A DNA stretch of 64,000 nt from Tubulanus polymorphus (taxonomy: Eukaryota; Animalia; Nemertea): the NCBI RefSeq assembly GCF_964204645.1, contig NC_134031.1:14433807-14497806 (forward strand), given 5' to 3'. How positions within the stretch are numbered: the stretch's first letter is position 1; every line of letters starts with the position of its first letter. The position numbers were made by a program, and so were the translations under genes. Shown here piece after piece: positions 25,401 through 37,863 of the stretch. Under the pieces are notes generated by a model. It was not told the origin of the DNA and did no database searches. It saw nothing but the letters and a program-made list of their open reading frames with translations.

Positions 25401-28400
25401 ATTGAGGGGCACAGTCCTTTTCGGATAATCAACACAAAAATGTTGAGACGCGCAAGATTTTATGCCCATCTAACTATTTCAATCCCCCCTCCTCCCCCCT
25501 CCCGTTCAGGAAATCTAGTATCCCCCTGTTACGTTATAGTAAAATAAATTATATATGTGTATTTGTAAATTCAACCTTCCACATAGGCCCCTATCTGTAG
25601 ACCTGCTGTTATCATTTGTGCTATGCACTGATTTCGCTATTTTTGAAAAACCCAGTTTTGTTCTTGCTCCTCATGCCCCATTTTCCACAAAGCAGCAATC
25701 CGCAAGGTTTAACTTATATTCTCTTGTCTGCGTGGATACTAAACTTATCCTTTCGCGGTTTACCCTTTTCATTTTTTTGTGCTCCTATCAAAGTCCGCCC
25801 CTGAACTGAACGGTCTCTTCTCCGACTCGTAAATCAATAGCGAAAATATTGTACACTCATCGGTCAACATCTCGGGAAAGGCACTGAACAAGCGAATGGA
25901 AGAAAGAAAAAAATAACAGTGTTTCCTTTTTGATCGCGAATCGACGCGTGTGTGAATGGGAGTGTGGTCACAAGGATAGATAGCAACCTGTATACAATAC
26001 TAATCCGCTAATCCCGTCGTTATCTCTGCGCTGAAATTTCAACCCGATTAGAGAAATGCGAACACTACTGTGAAAGAATGCAGAACACACATAAAGCAAT
26101 GCCAGAGGGGGAGAGGCAGAGGCAGAGGGGGAGAGGCAGAGGCAGAGACAGAGACAGAGACAGAGACAGAGGGAGGCCCCTCCCCACCGAGACAGCATAA
26201 TCGCTCAACAAGAAGTTTTTTGATTTTTAGCGAACCGGAGGTGTTTAGTACGTCACCTTGTCTGACAACATGATTGACCATGTTTGCTGTTACCTGCAAT
26301 GCGACTTAATTGATCTCGTTGACATCAGAATTCCGGACTAGTCGTCAGTGGATTAGTGCTGCTAGTGGCCTATCGAGATGTCTAACGGAACACTATTGAC
26401 AAGATGAATACATCTCGAGCTGTCTATCCCCTTGAAGCAGCAATAACCATGGTTACTACGTGCAGTAACACTAAGTCTTTTAGTTGTATATAGAATTAAA
26501 TTCAGATTATTTTTCTTATTTTTATGCGGTAATTTTTTTTCTCTTCTAATTATCAAAATTTTCTTCTTCCGAAGAATGATACTGCGGATATCGAGGTTCC
26601 GCTAGGGTGCGCTAGTGGTGACACTATTTGTTCATAATTCATTTGGAGAAGAGGATTCGTTCTTTGGTAATCGAGGTTCTGCTAAGTGCGCTAGTGGTTA
26701 CTGAATAAAACATGGACGGAAAATGTTGTTCTTAATTCGAGACGGTGCATGGACAATTTTAGACCGATAAAGATTGATAGTTACGCCATCTGGCGTCGGA
26801 GAACGGCTGCGGAGAATGACCAGATTTTTCATAGGATTTTTTACACCTTACGAACGGATATTGAGCTGCATTATGACGTCAGAATTAAGATACCTTACAA
26901 CGTAATTACATCTCTAATCTCTTTTCCCTCCCTCCCTCCCTCCCTCCCTCCCTCCCTCCATCCCTCCCTCCCTCCCTCCCTCCCTTCATCCCTCCCTCCC
27001 TCCCTCTCTCTCTCACTCTCTCACCCTCTCTCTCTCTCTCCCTCCCTCACCTTCTGTCTCGTTCAGTTTTAAAAAAGAACCGATTCATTTGCATCTTCGC
27101 TGTCAAAATAATTTCCGGAATATTCTCCCGCGACGAGCGACGAACATTCGAATGTAACGGACCGATAGACTATCGATTTGTTCACTACTACCACAGTCCG
27201 GTGTCGTCACGTAATTCCATCGGATGCTTATTTTCGGGAAGGTCGCGTTTTGAATAAATGATTTTTTCCCAGTTCGTATCGTGTAGATTTACTCAAGCAA
27301 AACGAGTAACGGTGTCGCCATTGGTCGATAGTTTTTCTCGTTACTCTGGGAAAGGAGTAATCGATTAGGCTCACCGGTGGGACTGGCAAAAAACTACAAG
27401 TAGCCGTAACAACTTTATTTCTACTGAATAATCCATGGACCGGCACGCGCTCAGGCCTAAATCGGTCGCAGATTGATAATCATTTATTCATTTCATCTAA
27501 TACTCCATAAATAAGCAGAAAATAGCTCTGAAAATACTAACAGCCCTTGAAAAATCTATCTGCGCCAAATATGTGGCAGGAATCGAGCAATAGATTAGCT
27601 GGAATCGAGCTGCAAATGTAGCAGGAAGAGAGCAGCGAATGTAGCAAGAATTGAGCACAGTGAATGTGGCAGGAATTGAGCAGTAAAAGCATCAGGAATT
27701 GAGCAGTAAATGTTGCAGGAATTGAGCACTGAATACATCAGGAATTGAGCAGAAGTGGCAGAAATTGAGCAATGAATGCAGCAAGAATTGAGCAGTTAAT
27801 GTGGCAGGAATTTAGTAGTGAAGGCAGCAGGAATTGAGCAGAAGTGGCAGAAATTGAGCAATGAATGCAGCAGGAATTGAACAGTAAATGTGGCAGGAAC
27901 TGAGCAGTAAAAGCAGCAGGACTTGAGTAGTAAATGTTGCAGGAATTGAGCACTGAATACATCAGGAATTGAGCAGTAAATGTTGCTGGACTAATTGAGT
28001 AGTGAAGGCAGCAGGAATTTGACAGTTAATGTAGCAGGAGTCGAGCAGTCAATGTGGCAAGAATCGAGCAGTAAATGTGGCAACAATCGAGCAGTAAATG
28101 TGGCAGTAATTGAATCACCAATCGATTAATCCGCAATCAGGGAAAATATTTTTTTTTCTATTGCGCAAAATAATTCGAAATATTAGATAGATATGATTGA
28201 GTCGGCGACACTATATTTATCCACCACGAGTAGAGCGGCGTACCGATTATCTGTCACATAAAATCCATTTCGATTTATGGCTTAAATTCTTTCCGTTTTT
28301 GTCTGAGATATTTATGATGTTCACACAAACAGACTGAGACTATAAATCGCGTATGGGTTGGGATTTCAATAACTGATCGTCAACAGATTGTTCGCTGTCA

Positions 28401-31400
28401 TTAGTAACTAATTTTACCGAATCGTAGGAGTTATCGACAATGAGAAGGTCTTTGAGGAGAGGTTCATTGGAATATGAGACGCTAGTCCCTCTGAGGCACT
28501 AAATTCCAGTATCCGGCATTATAGCCCGTGTGTAGAGTTACACTGTGTTATTCGGTCAGTGTTCACAGCTGTTGACCGTTGACAGTCGACACTTAGAGTA
28601 AACTACGAGAACAGGTGGCAACCTGTCAACCTGTCAACTAGAACTGAAGAATGACAGTTATTCTACCCCTTTAACTGCAATTTTCTGTTTCTCATTATTC
28701 CATTCTAGCGTATTATGCGGATGATTTGGCTGATATTGGCATTTCGAAACAGAAAAAGAAACTCATGTATATATAACATTCAAATATATTTAGATAACTA
28801 TCAAAATTGGTTGGAGCTTTTTTGGCGGACACATCACAGTTATTGGGTGGATTATTTAATGTTGATGTGACAAATCTTTGGTCCTAAATAACCTCGGGAA
28901 AGTTTTAAGCATAGTTTAAATGTGAACTAGCGTGTAGGGTGTCTACCTATCAACCGTCCTGTAGAGTCATCACCCTAATATGTAAAGCTGAAGAAAATAT
29001 GGATCCCCAATCAAGGATCTATTATCATGGAACTTCTTTTAGTTCCATATCACTAGGCTTTTATATTTCAGCTTGCACATGGGCGGCCCCGATTTACTCC
29101 AAAAGTAACTCTTCACGTTGCACTACGATGTCGCATATCGGATTTGGGCTGAATCTAATAGTAAGAAGAAAACTACTATCCAACTGATCATGTGACATTA
29201 GTGACGCGGTCACTTCTTAGTTTGCTTTCAGAGCTATCGGACGCGTGTGGCCAGCAGTCCCTTGGTGTGAGTGTTTTGTCTCCTCCATTCGTCGATTTTC
29301 TGTTGTTCCTTTCCGGTAGCATTTGGTATTTTCATTGGAGTTTTGTTTATGGTTTCCGCTTTAGTTTTCATCTCCTGTTGCCTGGTTTGGAGACTTTAGG
29401 GCAGTCATTTCAGATGAAGCTATTGTGTAGTCATTTCTGATGAAATACTGGTTTTATGAATTTTAGTGCAGTCATTTCGGATGAAACACCGGTTTTATGA
29501 ATTTCAGTGCAGTCATTTCGGATGAAATACTGGTTTTGATGTTTTGGGTTATACTGTGCTGTAATTTTGGATTAAATCACGAGCAATAGTCCTAGGATAA
29601 GTAATGCAGTATTTCGGAAGAAGCACGGAAGATGGATTGATAGTGATTTTATTGAGGGAAAATTTTTGGTCAGGTTAGAAGTACTAGGTTACTTTGGTTT
29701 AACCTTGGTACGTCAATGACATTTAGGTTACAGCGCAAAGAAGAAGGCCCATGTGCGCATGCGTGATTACTTATTTTGCCTATTTTAGGACGTGGGTACT
29801 GTAGATACTGTAAAACCACAGTGCATGCAATTTTGCTAGATTTAGTTCATTCATAGGCGCATTTCCAGGGTACGGATTTGGAATTCTTTTGTTGAATTTT
29901 ATTGGTTATTCAAAATTCGGTTATGGGCCTGTAAAGGTAATCTGGTGACATTTTACCCAGTTCCGTAGGCTACGGCGCAAGGAGGAGTTCTAGGGGAAAT
30001 TGTTTATTATGCCGCAAAGAGGGTCATTTTATTTGCGACTGTCCTGAGAATAAACAAAAACCACAAGTAGTAACGAAGACTGAAAGTGAGGTTAGCTAAA
30101 TGAGTTAAAAACCTGATTGAGTTTAGTTTTGGATGATACATAATATAATATCATGACGTCAAAGATGTAAATCATTCAATGTTATTCTCTTCATTGAATT
30201 GAATATTGGATAATTCATTGTAATTGTTATTAGTTGTTTGTGGTCGGTTGGTTTTGTTGTCACAGGCTATCTAAGTATGTTGTCACGGCTTATGTCGTGC
30301 TGGCAATGGGGCTGGACTGATGGACCTTAGTGTCTTTTTAGGAATTTGTTCCGTTGAAGATACTTGTGTGCAAATACGTGTTTTGGGTTGGTGCTTGAGG
30401 TTCATCCGTCCAGTCACCGTAACCCGGGGTCGTCTCAGCCGAGACCGTTTCGAAAATTCCTTTTGTTAGTCTCTGACTCCCTCGGCCAAGCTATGAAATA
30501 ATTCACTGATAAAAGTGTAGAATCGTATCGCCATAATGATACTACAAGCGGGTTTAAACCAATGTTTTTATCCATGTAGGTTCTACACGCCAATTTATAT
30601 CGATAAGAGATTAGACGCTAATACAAATTTGTATATTGATATACCCGATTTCTAAGGCGGGTCTAAATAAAGCGACTTCGGGTGCGTATTCTGTCTTCTA
30701 ATCTTTTGGCCTCGTTTCACTCGGCCTGTTATAGTTGGGGTTTGGTCGTAGTTGTGGAAAGGTTTTGGAATTTGTTGTGGTTATCAGTAAGGGCTTGGGT
30801 CGTTTTTTATCCCCAATCATGACATAACCGCGGAACGAGAAACTGCTGATCAGTGTGGATATCACCCTATTCACATTTCAAATCTAAAATTGTACAGCGC
30901 GGGTAACACTATACGGCGGATTCAGTATCAATCGCGTGCATTTTGAGCGTTCGATCGTTTTTTCTACGTATTCTTGAATTCTTCGCAGAAAAAAAAGCTC
31001 TCCATTCTTTATTGGATTGTATCATCCGGATTAGAGATTCACAAACAAGATAGTAATCAATAATTCATGTAACGGTGTGTTATAGTTCTAGCAAATAACT
31101 TCAACGATTCAGTATAGAGATATTACTATAGTTACTTATGGCGACCTATTATTTCTCAATAACTTTAGCAAGATTACGATTTATTACAAAAAATGACGAA
31201 TTTCTGGTTCAAATCTGTATAGAACTGCATTCAGATTCAGCCTCTTCAGAGCAACAAACTCAAAAGCAATGACACATTATTTGTTCGCGTCTCAAATTGC
31301 AGCACTTTGTAATAATTTTAATTCGTCTTCATCAAATAAATTCTCTCGTGGATTAAACAAGCAGCACCAGCAGTAGCAGATTTAAATTCCAGGGGCTCGA

Positions 31401-34133
31401 TTTTCACACAAAACGAGGTTAAAGTTTCACCAGTCGTATAATAACATCCCTTTAAGAAACTGGTCTCAAAAGACGCCATCGCCGCCCCCAGTGAGGTTTG
31501 CCACGATACAACGCCGAAAACCTCTTTCAAAACTTGATTAAAGATTAGTCTGCTGTGTAAAAACAAAATTATTAGACTGATGATTAAGAGGCGTAGAGAT
31601 CACGATCGTTAGAAAAATGGCTGCAGTGAAGCGCGCTCTTCGTGTAATAGCTTTCTTTTTATAAATATCAGGGTTCATCATTCAACAAACTGCTTTTACT
31701 TTATCAATCCGCTCTCTCCATTTTTCTCCCTCTTTTTTTCTCTTTTCCCAAACAGTCCTTCTTTCCACCCCCTGTCCCTTCCAGCCCCTCTGCTCATTCC
31801 CTCCCCCTCTGTCGCTATCTCATTCCTCTCCCTTCCACTCCCTCCCATGTCTCCCTCCCCATACTCTCTACTCCCTCATCTCCCCTGTCTCTGTCTCCCT
31901 CCTCCTTACCTTCCCTTTCCCCTTTGTATCCTCCCCTCACTGCTGACTATGGGATGAAATTACTAGCACTTTGATCAGCCGTTTCAGTTCTCTACGGATT
32001 GGCAACATATGTTCACAAGAGTCATTGAACATTAGATTCCGGAACACTTCAAAATCACTGGTTCGATTGTCAACGATTTCAATAACAAAACCTCGCAACC
32101 GTCACGAATTAACAATCGCATATTTCGTCATGCTTTGAAATCAAGTTGGGATTTGCACATGAATGTTTGTAGTTCAGGCGTGCAGCAGCAGCAGCAGCAG
32201 CAGCGGCAGCAGTGGCGACGGCGGTATACTCTTTCACTATCGAACTTTATACAACTGCTGACTATTTTATAAAGTGCGTTAGAAAATAGTTTTAATCAAT
32301 ACGTTATAAATAAACGGCACTGATTTACTTTTACCCGCACATGTTAATCCGTTCGTTGAATCATATTCCTGGCTCTATAAATACTCAACGCTGGATCTAT
32401 GGCCAACCGTCTAATATGCATCTTAACCGAAAATCAGCTGTATATACCATCAAAATCACGCCTTTTAAAGTTTCCTTCATGCTGATCCGATATGGATTAC
32501 TTCAAATTTTTCTTAATTACTCAGCCTAATTGATTGTCCAATATGGTTTTACTCCCTTTTTGGCAAACGCGTCGAATACCATTCTTACGTGGGCATACAC
32601 AGCCGTCAAATGTGTGTAATCAATTTAATCATTGCATCGTGTACCGTCGAATATGGCAAATCGATGACATGATTCATTTGGTGATCCGTCGAATATGGCC
32701 CAGTATCTAACCGTTGTTCCTCGGGGGACCGTAACAACGTCTGAGGGCCCAGTTACACAGAAAAGTTTAACTCTTAAATGGACTTAATTTCTTCATTAAT
32801 TCAGTTTATCTTAAATCGATTTAGGCCTTAATCCTTTTTGTGAAACCGGGATTAAGACTACGCCGAATATGTCATCAGTTCAAAAATATAGGTAACTATC
32901 AGTCATTTTCTGTATTGTTTGTTTAATGAGCTTAATCAGTTTACTGTCACTTAATCTCCACCACAAATTAATCCGATATCGGAAGCGAGAGCGACAAAAA
33001 AGTTCAGATTTTCAAACTGGTTTTTCTCAGTTTCTACACAAGCGCATATTCGACGGTTCGCCAGTCAGCGTGACGTATAGTATATATCGATAGTTATACA
33101 AATTGGTCTGATGGAGAACCTAATTTTACAAAAATGTACAAGATGTCGGTCTACTACCGATGATATATAGAGGTCTTGTAAAGCCATCAGCGACATATTG
33201 GTTGAGATTTACCTGACACAACCTCGAAATTTGTAAAATCCCCTGATCATATTTTGTTGAAAATTTCCACGGCCCAAAGATAGACTTGATAGGATTGATA
33301 TCTTCAATCATTTTCATCAGTGAAATTCAGTCGTAAGCGAAAATCTGATCAACGGAAAATTGAAGAGAAAAGAGTAACTAGAAAGTAACTAATGAAAGAT
33401 AGAGTAACTAGATTCAGGCGATGAAAATTAGTAGAATATTTCTTGATTTTAAGTCAGACCTCCAACGTTTCATTTTAGAATATTCTATATTTCAATAATG
33501 AATATTCCCTCAAATTCTAATTGTAAATTAATTCGTTGCTAGAATATAATATATCTTTATAGCCAAGACATTAGTTCGCAGATTTCTAATATCTTTATTT
33601 TCGTGTCATCTCGATGTACAACAAACATGTAACAGACCGGTACAACTAATTCCAGTTGGATAAAATTGAATCAAGAATTGCGGAGTTTCATTGCGGCTGA
33701 TATGAATCCGCAAACACTAGTTACGACCCGACTATTACTTAATAGAATGTTGATTTTATCGATATTTGATAAACGATAGAGTGATAATTTGATATCGTGT
33801 GTACTTACACATGAATTCGCCCAGATACCAAACTTCTTTCGTGTACAAATCCATCAAAGTCGACGGCATCGTTACAGTCAGAACTAACAGATCAGCGGCG
33901 CTTAAATTAGCCAGAAAAATATTCGTCGAAGTTTTCATTTCTTTGTTCTTCAATACGACAACAATCACCAGCACGTTGCCAATAACGCCGACTACGAATA
34001 TGACAACGTAACAAACAGTAGCTACGGCGACTAGTTGTAAGGATAACTGGGGTACGGGTCTGCTAGTTGTCGGGTTTGTATCGTTGAAATCCATCGCCGA
34101 ACCAGAAGAAGTTGTATTTTCACTTATATCCAT
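18595..34133 (-). CDS. Class A neuropeptide GPCR, ecdysis-triggering hormone receptor (ETHR)-like, 404 aa, two coding exons
   Basis: Exon 1 is 34133-33809 (325 nt, donor GTAAGT). Exon 2 is 19484-18595 (890 nt). The phase-1 junction gives ...GEFM|CKFVPFLE. Seven TMs with GN (TM1), NLSAADLL (TM2), ERYYAICRPL (TM3), FFLCHLPYR (TM6) and INPIVY (TM7). STNIFL.NLS.ADLLVL, EVWYLGEFMCK.VPF.E and DGT.V.VC resemble ETHR. Confidence 0.93.
21919..22170 (+). mobile_element. 3' end of an L2/CR1-type LINE
   Basis: GRKAFTFMAPTLWNVLPLEIRESPTVSCFKSRLKTFYF* (stop 22057-22059), a typical L2/CR1 ORF2 C-terminus. It is followed by a short 3' UTR, AATAAA and an (ATT)n tail. Confidence 0.8.
22148..22352. repeat. Compound microsatellite (ATT)n/(ATCGTT)n/(ATC)n
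   Basis: Directly visible; continuous with the LINE tail. Confidence 0.95.
23158..23310. mobile_element. About 153-bp palindromic MITE
   Basis: Perfect 26-bp inverted repeat AGTAATAGGGATAATAGGGGTTCAGG (23158-23183) / CCTGAACCCCTATTATCCCTATTACT (23285-23310), continuing imperfectly inward. TTAA lies on the right flank only. Confidence 0.75.
24220..24490. repeat. Three diverged tandem units of about 100 bp (GTTTTTGAAAGTGTGCTGATAAAA..TCTGGTGTTTGT)
   Basis: The motif recurs near 24220, 24320 and 24430. Confidence 0.7.
25135..25378 (+). mobile_element. tRNA-derived SINE, degenerate
   Basis: A-box-like GCTCTGTGGTTCAG and B-box-like GCAGGTTCGGTTCCTGC. Downstream TTTTCTTGGGCACTCC resembles a SINE central domain. 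Confidence 0.5.
26925..27050. repeat. (CCCT)n/(CT)n polypyrimidine microsatellite
   Basis: Directly visible. Similar tracts at 26103-26172 and 31720-31940. Confidence 0.9.
27572..28112. repeat. About 23-bp minisatellite (GCAGGAATTGAGCAGTAAATGTG), more than 20 diverged units
   Basis: The GGAATTGAGCA core recurs every 20-24 bp. Confidence 0.92.
29190..30824 (+). mobile_element. Degenerate LTR-retrotransposon remnant (gag zinc knuckle, possible PBS and LTR)
   Basis: CCHC knuckle CLLCRKEGHFICDCP at 30001-30045. TGTGACA followed by a PBS-like TTAGTGACGCGG near 29191-29209. A segment bounded by TGTCACG (30282) and CATGACA (30824). No pol and no matching second LTR seen. Confidence 0.5.
33809..34133 (-). 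CDS. GPCR coding exon 1 (N-terminus with N-glycosylation sequons, TM1, TM2, ECL1)
   Basis: ORF 33756-34133, donor GTAAGT at 33808; VVGVIGNVLV and LANLSAADLL. Confidence 0.92.
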
Positions 34134-37100
34134 TTTTGTCCTGCGCTAAATTTTTCCCACTATTTCAATAATTATTATACTTCATAAATTCCACGACCAT
34201 TTTTGCCTTCGGAACAGAGCGAATTCCAATCCAAAAAATGTCACAGAGAACGTTGTCGGCCGCGACAATTGATTACAATGCGCTGTTGATTGTCGAGGTG
34301 CGGTTGTTGTAACTGCTACGCGTAGTGGCTACCACCAGCACCAGCAGCGGCTAACCACTGCCTGATGTAACTGCAGGCAGCACAGGGTGTTAGTTCGCTG
34401 GTCGCTACATGTCCGAAGTTTCGAAAGACAACCCACGCCGATGTTTTCTCTGCGGCCACGTGAACTTCTACAACGATTGCTGAACCTGTTTCAATCTCGA
34501 TTCGGTGATAGTAAAACATCCCATCTTGCCAGTTACCACTCTAATCATAGAATACTTTATGATTACTTTGGTAACTTACGCTAATGTTGAACATTCCCGA
34601 AAGTAAGTACATGTATACCCTGAGAAGAACGTGACCCTTGCCCGCAGGTTGAGGTTTTATCTCTAGGAAGAACTTTGATACCCGGGCTTTTTGAAACCCT
34701 CTCTCATTTTCCGAATCTATAGGAAGGGCCCATTTCAAAACTGATTACTTCTCTGTCTTCGTGTCAGCGAAAAGAACAACAAAAGAATCTCTTCAGAGGC
34801 GAATATGAATTAGTATTCAGTACAACGTCTGAGAGTAGGGCTAGACACTTTCACTGAGTTGATTAGACTTTAAACGATGGACTGAAGACACTGGGAATGA
34901 GAAAGTTGACAGTAGCGACTAATCATAATTTGTTTCAGTGAAAGTAAGCCCTGGGGATTTCAGTTCCGGCGTATTTATTGTTATTACAAGGTTTCTTGAT
35001 GTGTTTTTGCTCCACGCCATTTATGAGAATTATAGTTCAAACAATCAAAAACAAACATCGCACAGCGAATAATAATCGTTTCTTTGGAAATGAGTCACGG
35101 TCGGCAACTTTATTATTGCTCTAGCTTATTTTTGTGTTTAGCGGCAAAGAAATAAATCGTAAAACAAATTGGCTTCCTCTATCAGCTATTCTACAGGACT
35201 GTGTTCTACAGGTGTGGATTATGATTCGTCTAAACTTAAGAACATTGAAAATTAACTTATTTTGATTTATTTTTTTAAGTTAACCCTAACTCCCAACACT
35301 GTGGTATCGGATCCTGAGTTAACTCTAACTCACCACTGCGGGACTAGGTTCAGTTCATTATCAATGAGACAGATCTTAACTCACCAATGTTGGACTGGAT
35401 CTAGGGTCGCTTTGCGTGTCTTTTTTTCGAAATGTATTTTTAGTTCTATTTTGTTTCAACAGAATTAGTTGCATCGATAGAGCATATTTAAGGGTTGCTA
35501 GGCGATAGGTACAAGAAATCATTTTGTTTGACATGAAACATTTAAAAAAAGATGAAAGGGGACATTTTTGTGCTGGTTCATTTTCCGATTGGGTGGAGAA
35601 AAAGGAAAGGGCGAGTGAATAATTCCGTCGCCACTGGGAGTCGAACCCATGAACGATCGATCGATCGATGGGTGATTTAAGTTGCATATTATGTAAATTA
35701 CTGACGCGTCTAATCTAACGATTTATCATTGATATATTTGATAATTGAATTTCGACAGTTTAAACGGGAAAGATGATCGTCGAAGGCGTCGTCTCTATTA
35801 GCAATATCGGATGCTGTATACAGCATTGTAGATTGGTTTATGACGCGCGTTTAAATGATTTGTCGAGTGAAAATTGATACTAATTCGGGGTTCGAAACCG
35901 GCTGTGACTCTCAGTTCAGTAATATCACAACACACTGGGTCAACAGTGCATCTTCCAACGAGAATTCACTCCCCTCATGGGGAATGAACCCTAAACTTGG
36001 ATTTGAATAAATTCCCGCCCATGCGCGAATACAACCCCCCCTAAAATTCAAACTCCTGACGATAATTCTACCTAGTAATCGGGTAATAGGTACTATAGAA
36101 CTCGTTCTATGCAGGTACAGAGTTCCGGGCTGTGTCTGGTCGTCATCCGTTACGACACATAATTCTTGACCTAGGATAGTCTGATTAACAGTTTATACAG
36201 CTCTCACCCAAATCCCTCGTCCCTCTTATAATATGTGAGTTTACTGTCCGATAATCTGTATATTTTACAAGGTAAAGGCTTGATCCTGCCCATAGGGTGT
36301 AGTTAAGTAGAAACCATCGTATAAATGTTTACGAGTAGCAATTAACCTATTCTCGTACCCGTCGAGATGTACGTACACCAAAGACTCGGTTTACACTCGT
36401 GAAGATCGTCCATGTTTATGATTAATGGAGATCTTTACCTGTTCATTGAATAACCTTTTTAAATGGAGTCAAACCCTCCCAATCTCCCACTACAGGCCAA
36501 CTCATTAACCCGCCTTTGTATTTGTAGCAATTATTTTGCCTTACCTTTGATTGACAACTCATTAAAACCAGTTTCTTTGATAAAACGTTAGTAAACCTAT
36601 CGCTTGTCCCTCATGTCGTATAATGGAATTCAATGTTGATCGCACAACATTCGGTACTAAATACAAGTGTTTTAGAAAAGGAAGTTGGTGAAATTTGAAT
36701 AAGTATTGGGAATCAGAAATATTCGGTTGCAAAGAAATTGTAAACTGCAGAGAAATTATAAACTTCATAACTCGGACATTAGTTCCGATGACTCGCATAT
36801 CACTCTCAAGTTTCTGCAGAAATTTCGTATACGACTGAATCTGATTATTTGAAGATATTTATCTAAGAGTTGGTAGAAAAGACCTAAGGTTGACTTTTGG
36901 TAAAATTCTGCCACTGCAGCTAGTGACTGATTATAACCATTATAACAATTACAAATTCCGACGAGTCACAATATATCATTATACAATATAAACGGTTTGC
37001 GTCACGATTCAAGTGTTTAATCAACATTTATATTTGTAATTATCGTTTATGACTCGACCCCCGTTGAGTCTATGTGAGCCACAGCGGGGATACCAGGGGT

Positions 37101-37184
37101 CACAGCTTTGAATAAACGATATCAAAATAATAAGCAAATAATTCATGTGTAATTAATGATCTTCGTGTCAGGCAGACAATTTAA

Positions 37185-37270
37185 TTTGCCTCTCTCTTCC
37201 GCCCGGGAGTAAATGGGTACCTCCTGAGCGATCGGTATAGTCAACATCTCTCCAGGGAGAGATGCCTGAT
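37185..37270 (+). mobile_element. SINE central-domain fragment
   Basis: CTCTCTCTTCCGCCCGGGAGTAAATGGGTACCT resembles the conserved TAAATGGGTACC block of invertebrate Deu/Nin-type SINEs. Confidence 0.45.
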
Positions 37271-37628
37271 TCAGATTCAGAGAGCGAGATAATAGAGACA
37301 CAACACGCCGTGATCTATTACTAGTTGTGTTCCTTCAAAATGACAAACAAGGCATCAGATAATAAGTTTGTGTTCCTCAGGGTATCGAAAGGCCATATTT
37401 CATTTGATTGTTTGTCTCGGGGTTTCAGTATATCCACCATGTTGGATTTCATTATATCCGCCATATTGGATTCAATATTATTCGCCATGTTGGATTGTTT
37501 GTCTCAGGTTTCAGTATCCGCCATTTGTTGGGTTTCATTATAGCCGCCATATTGGATTCGTCTGACTTCAAGACATATCAATGTGTTCCAAAATCCTTTA
37601 CTCAATTCATCTCCAGTGCTCTTTACGA

Positions 37629-37863
<235 letters not shown>

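Noticed and set aside
34316-34519. 67-aa ORF upstream of the GPCR start
   Set aside because: No recognisable domain or in-frame splice link; likely 5' UTR or intron sequence.
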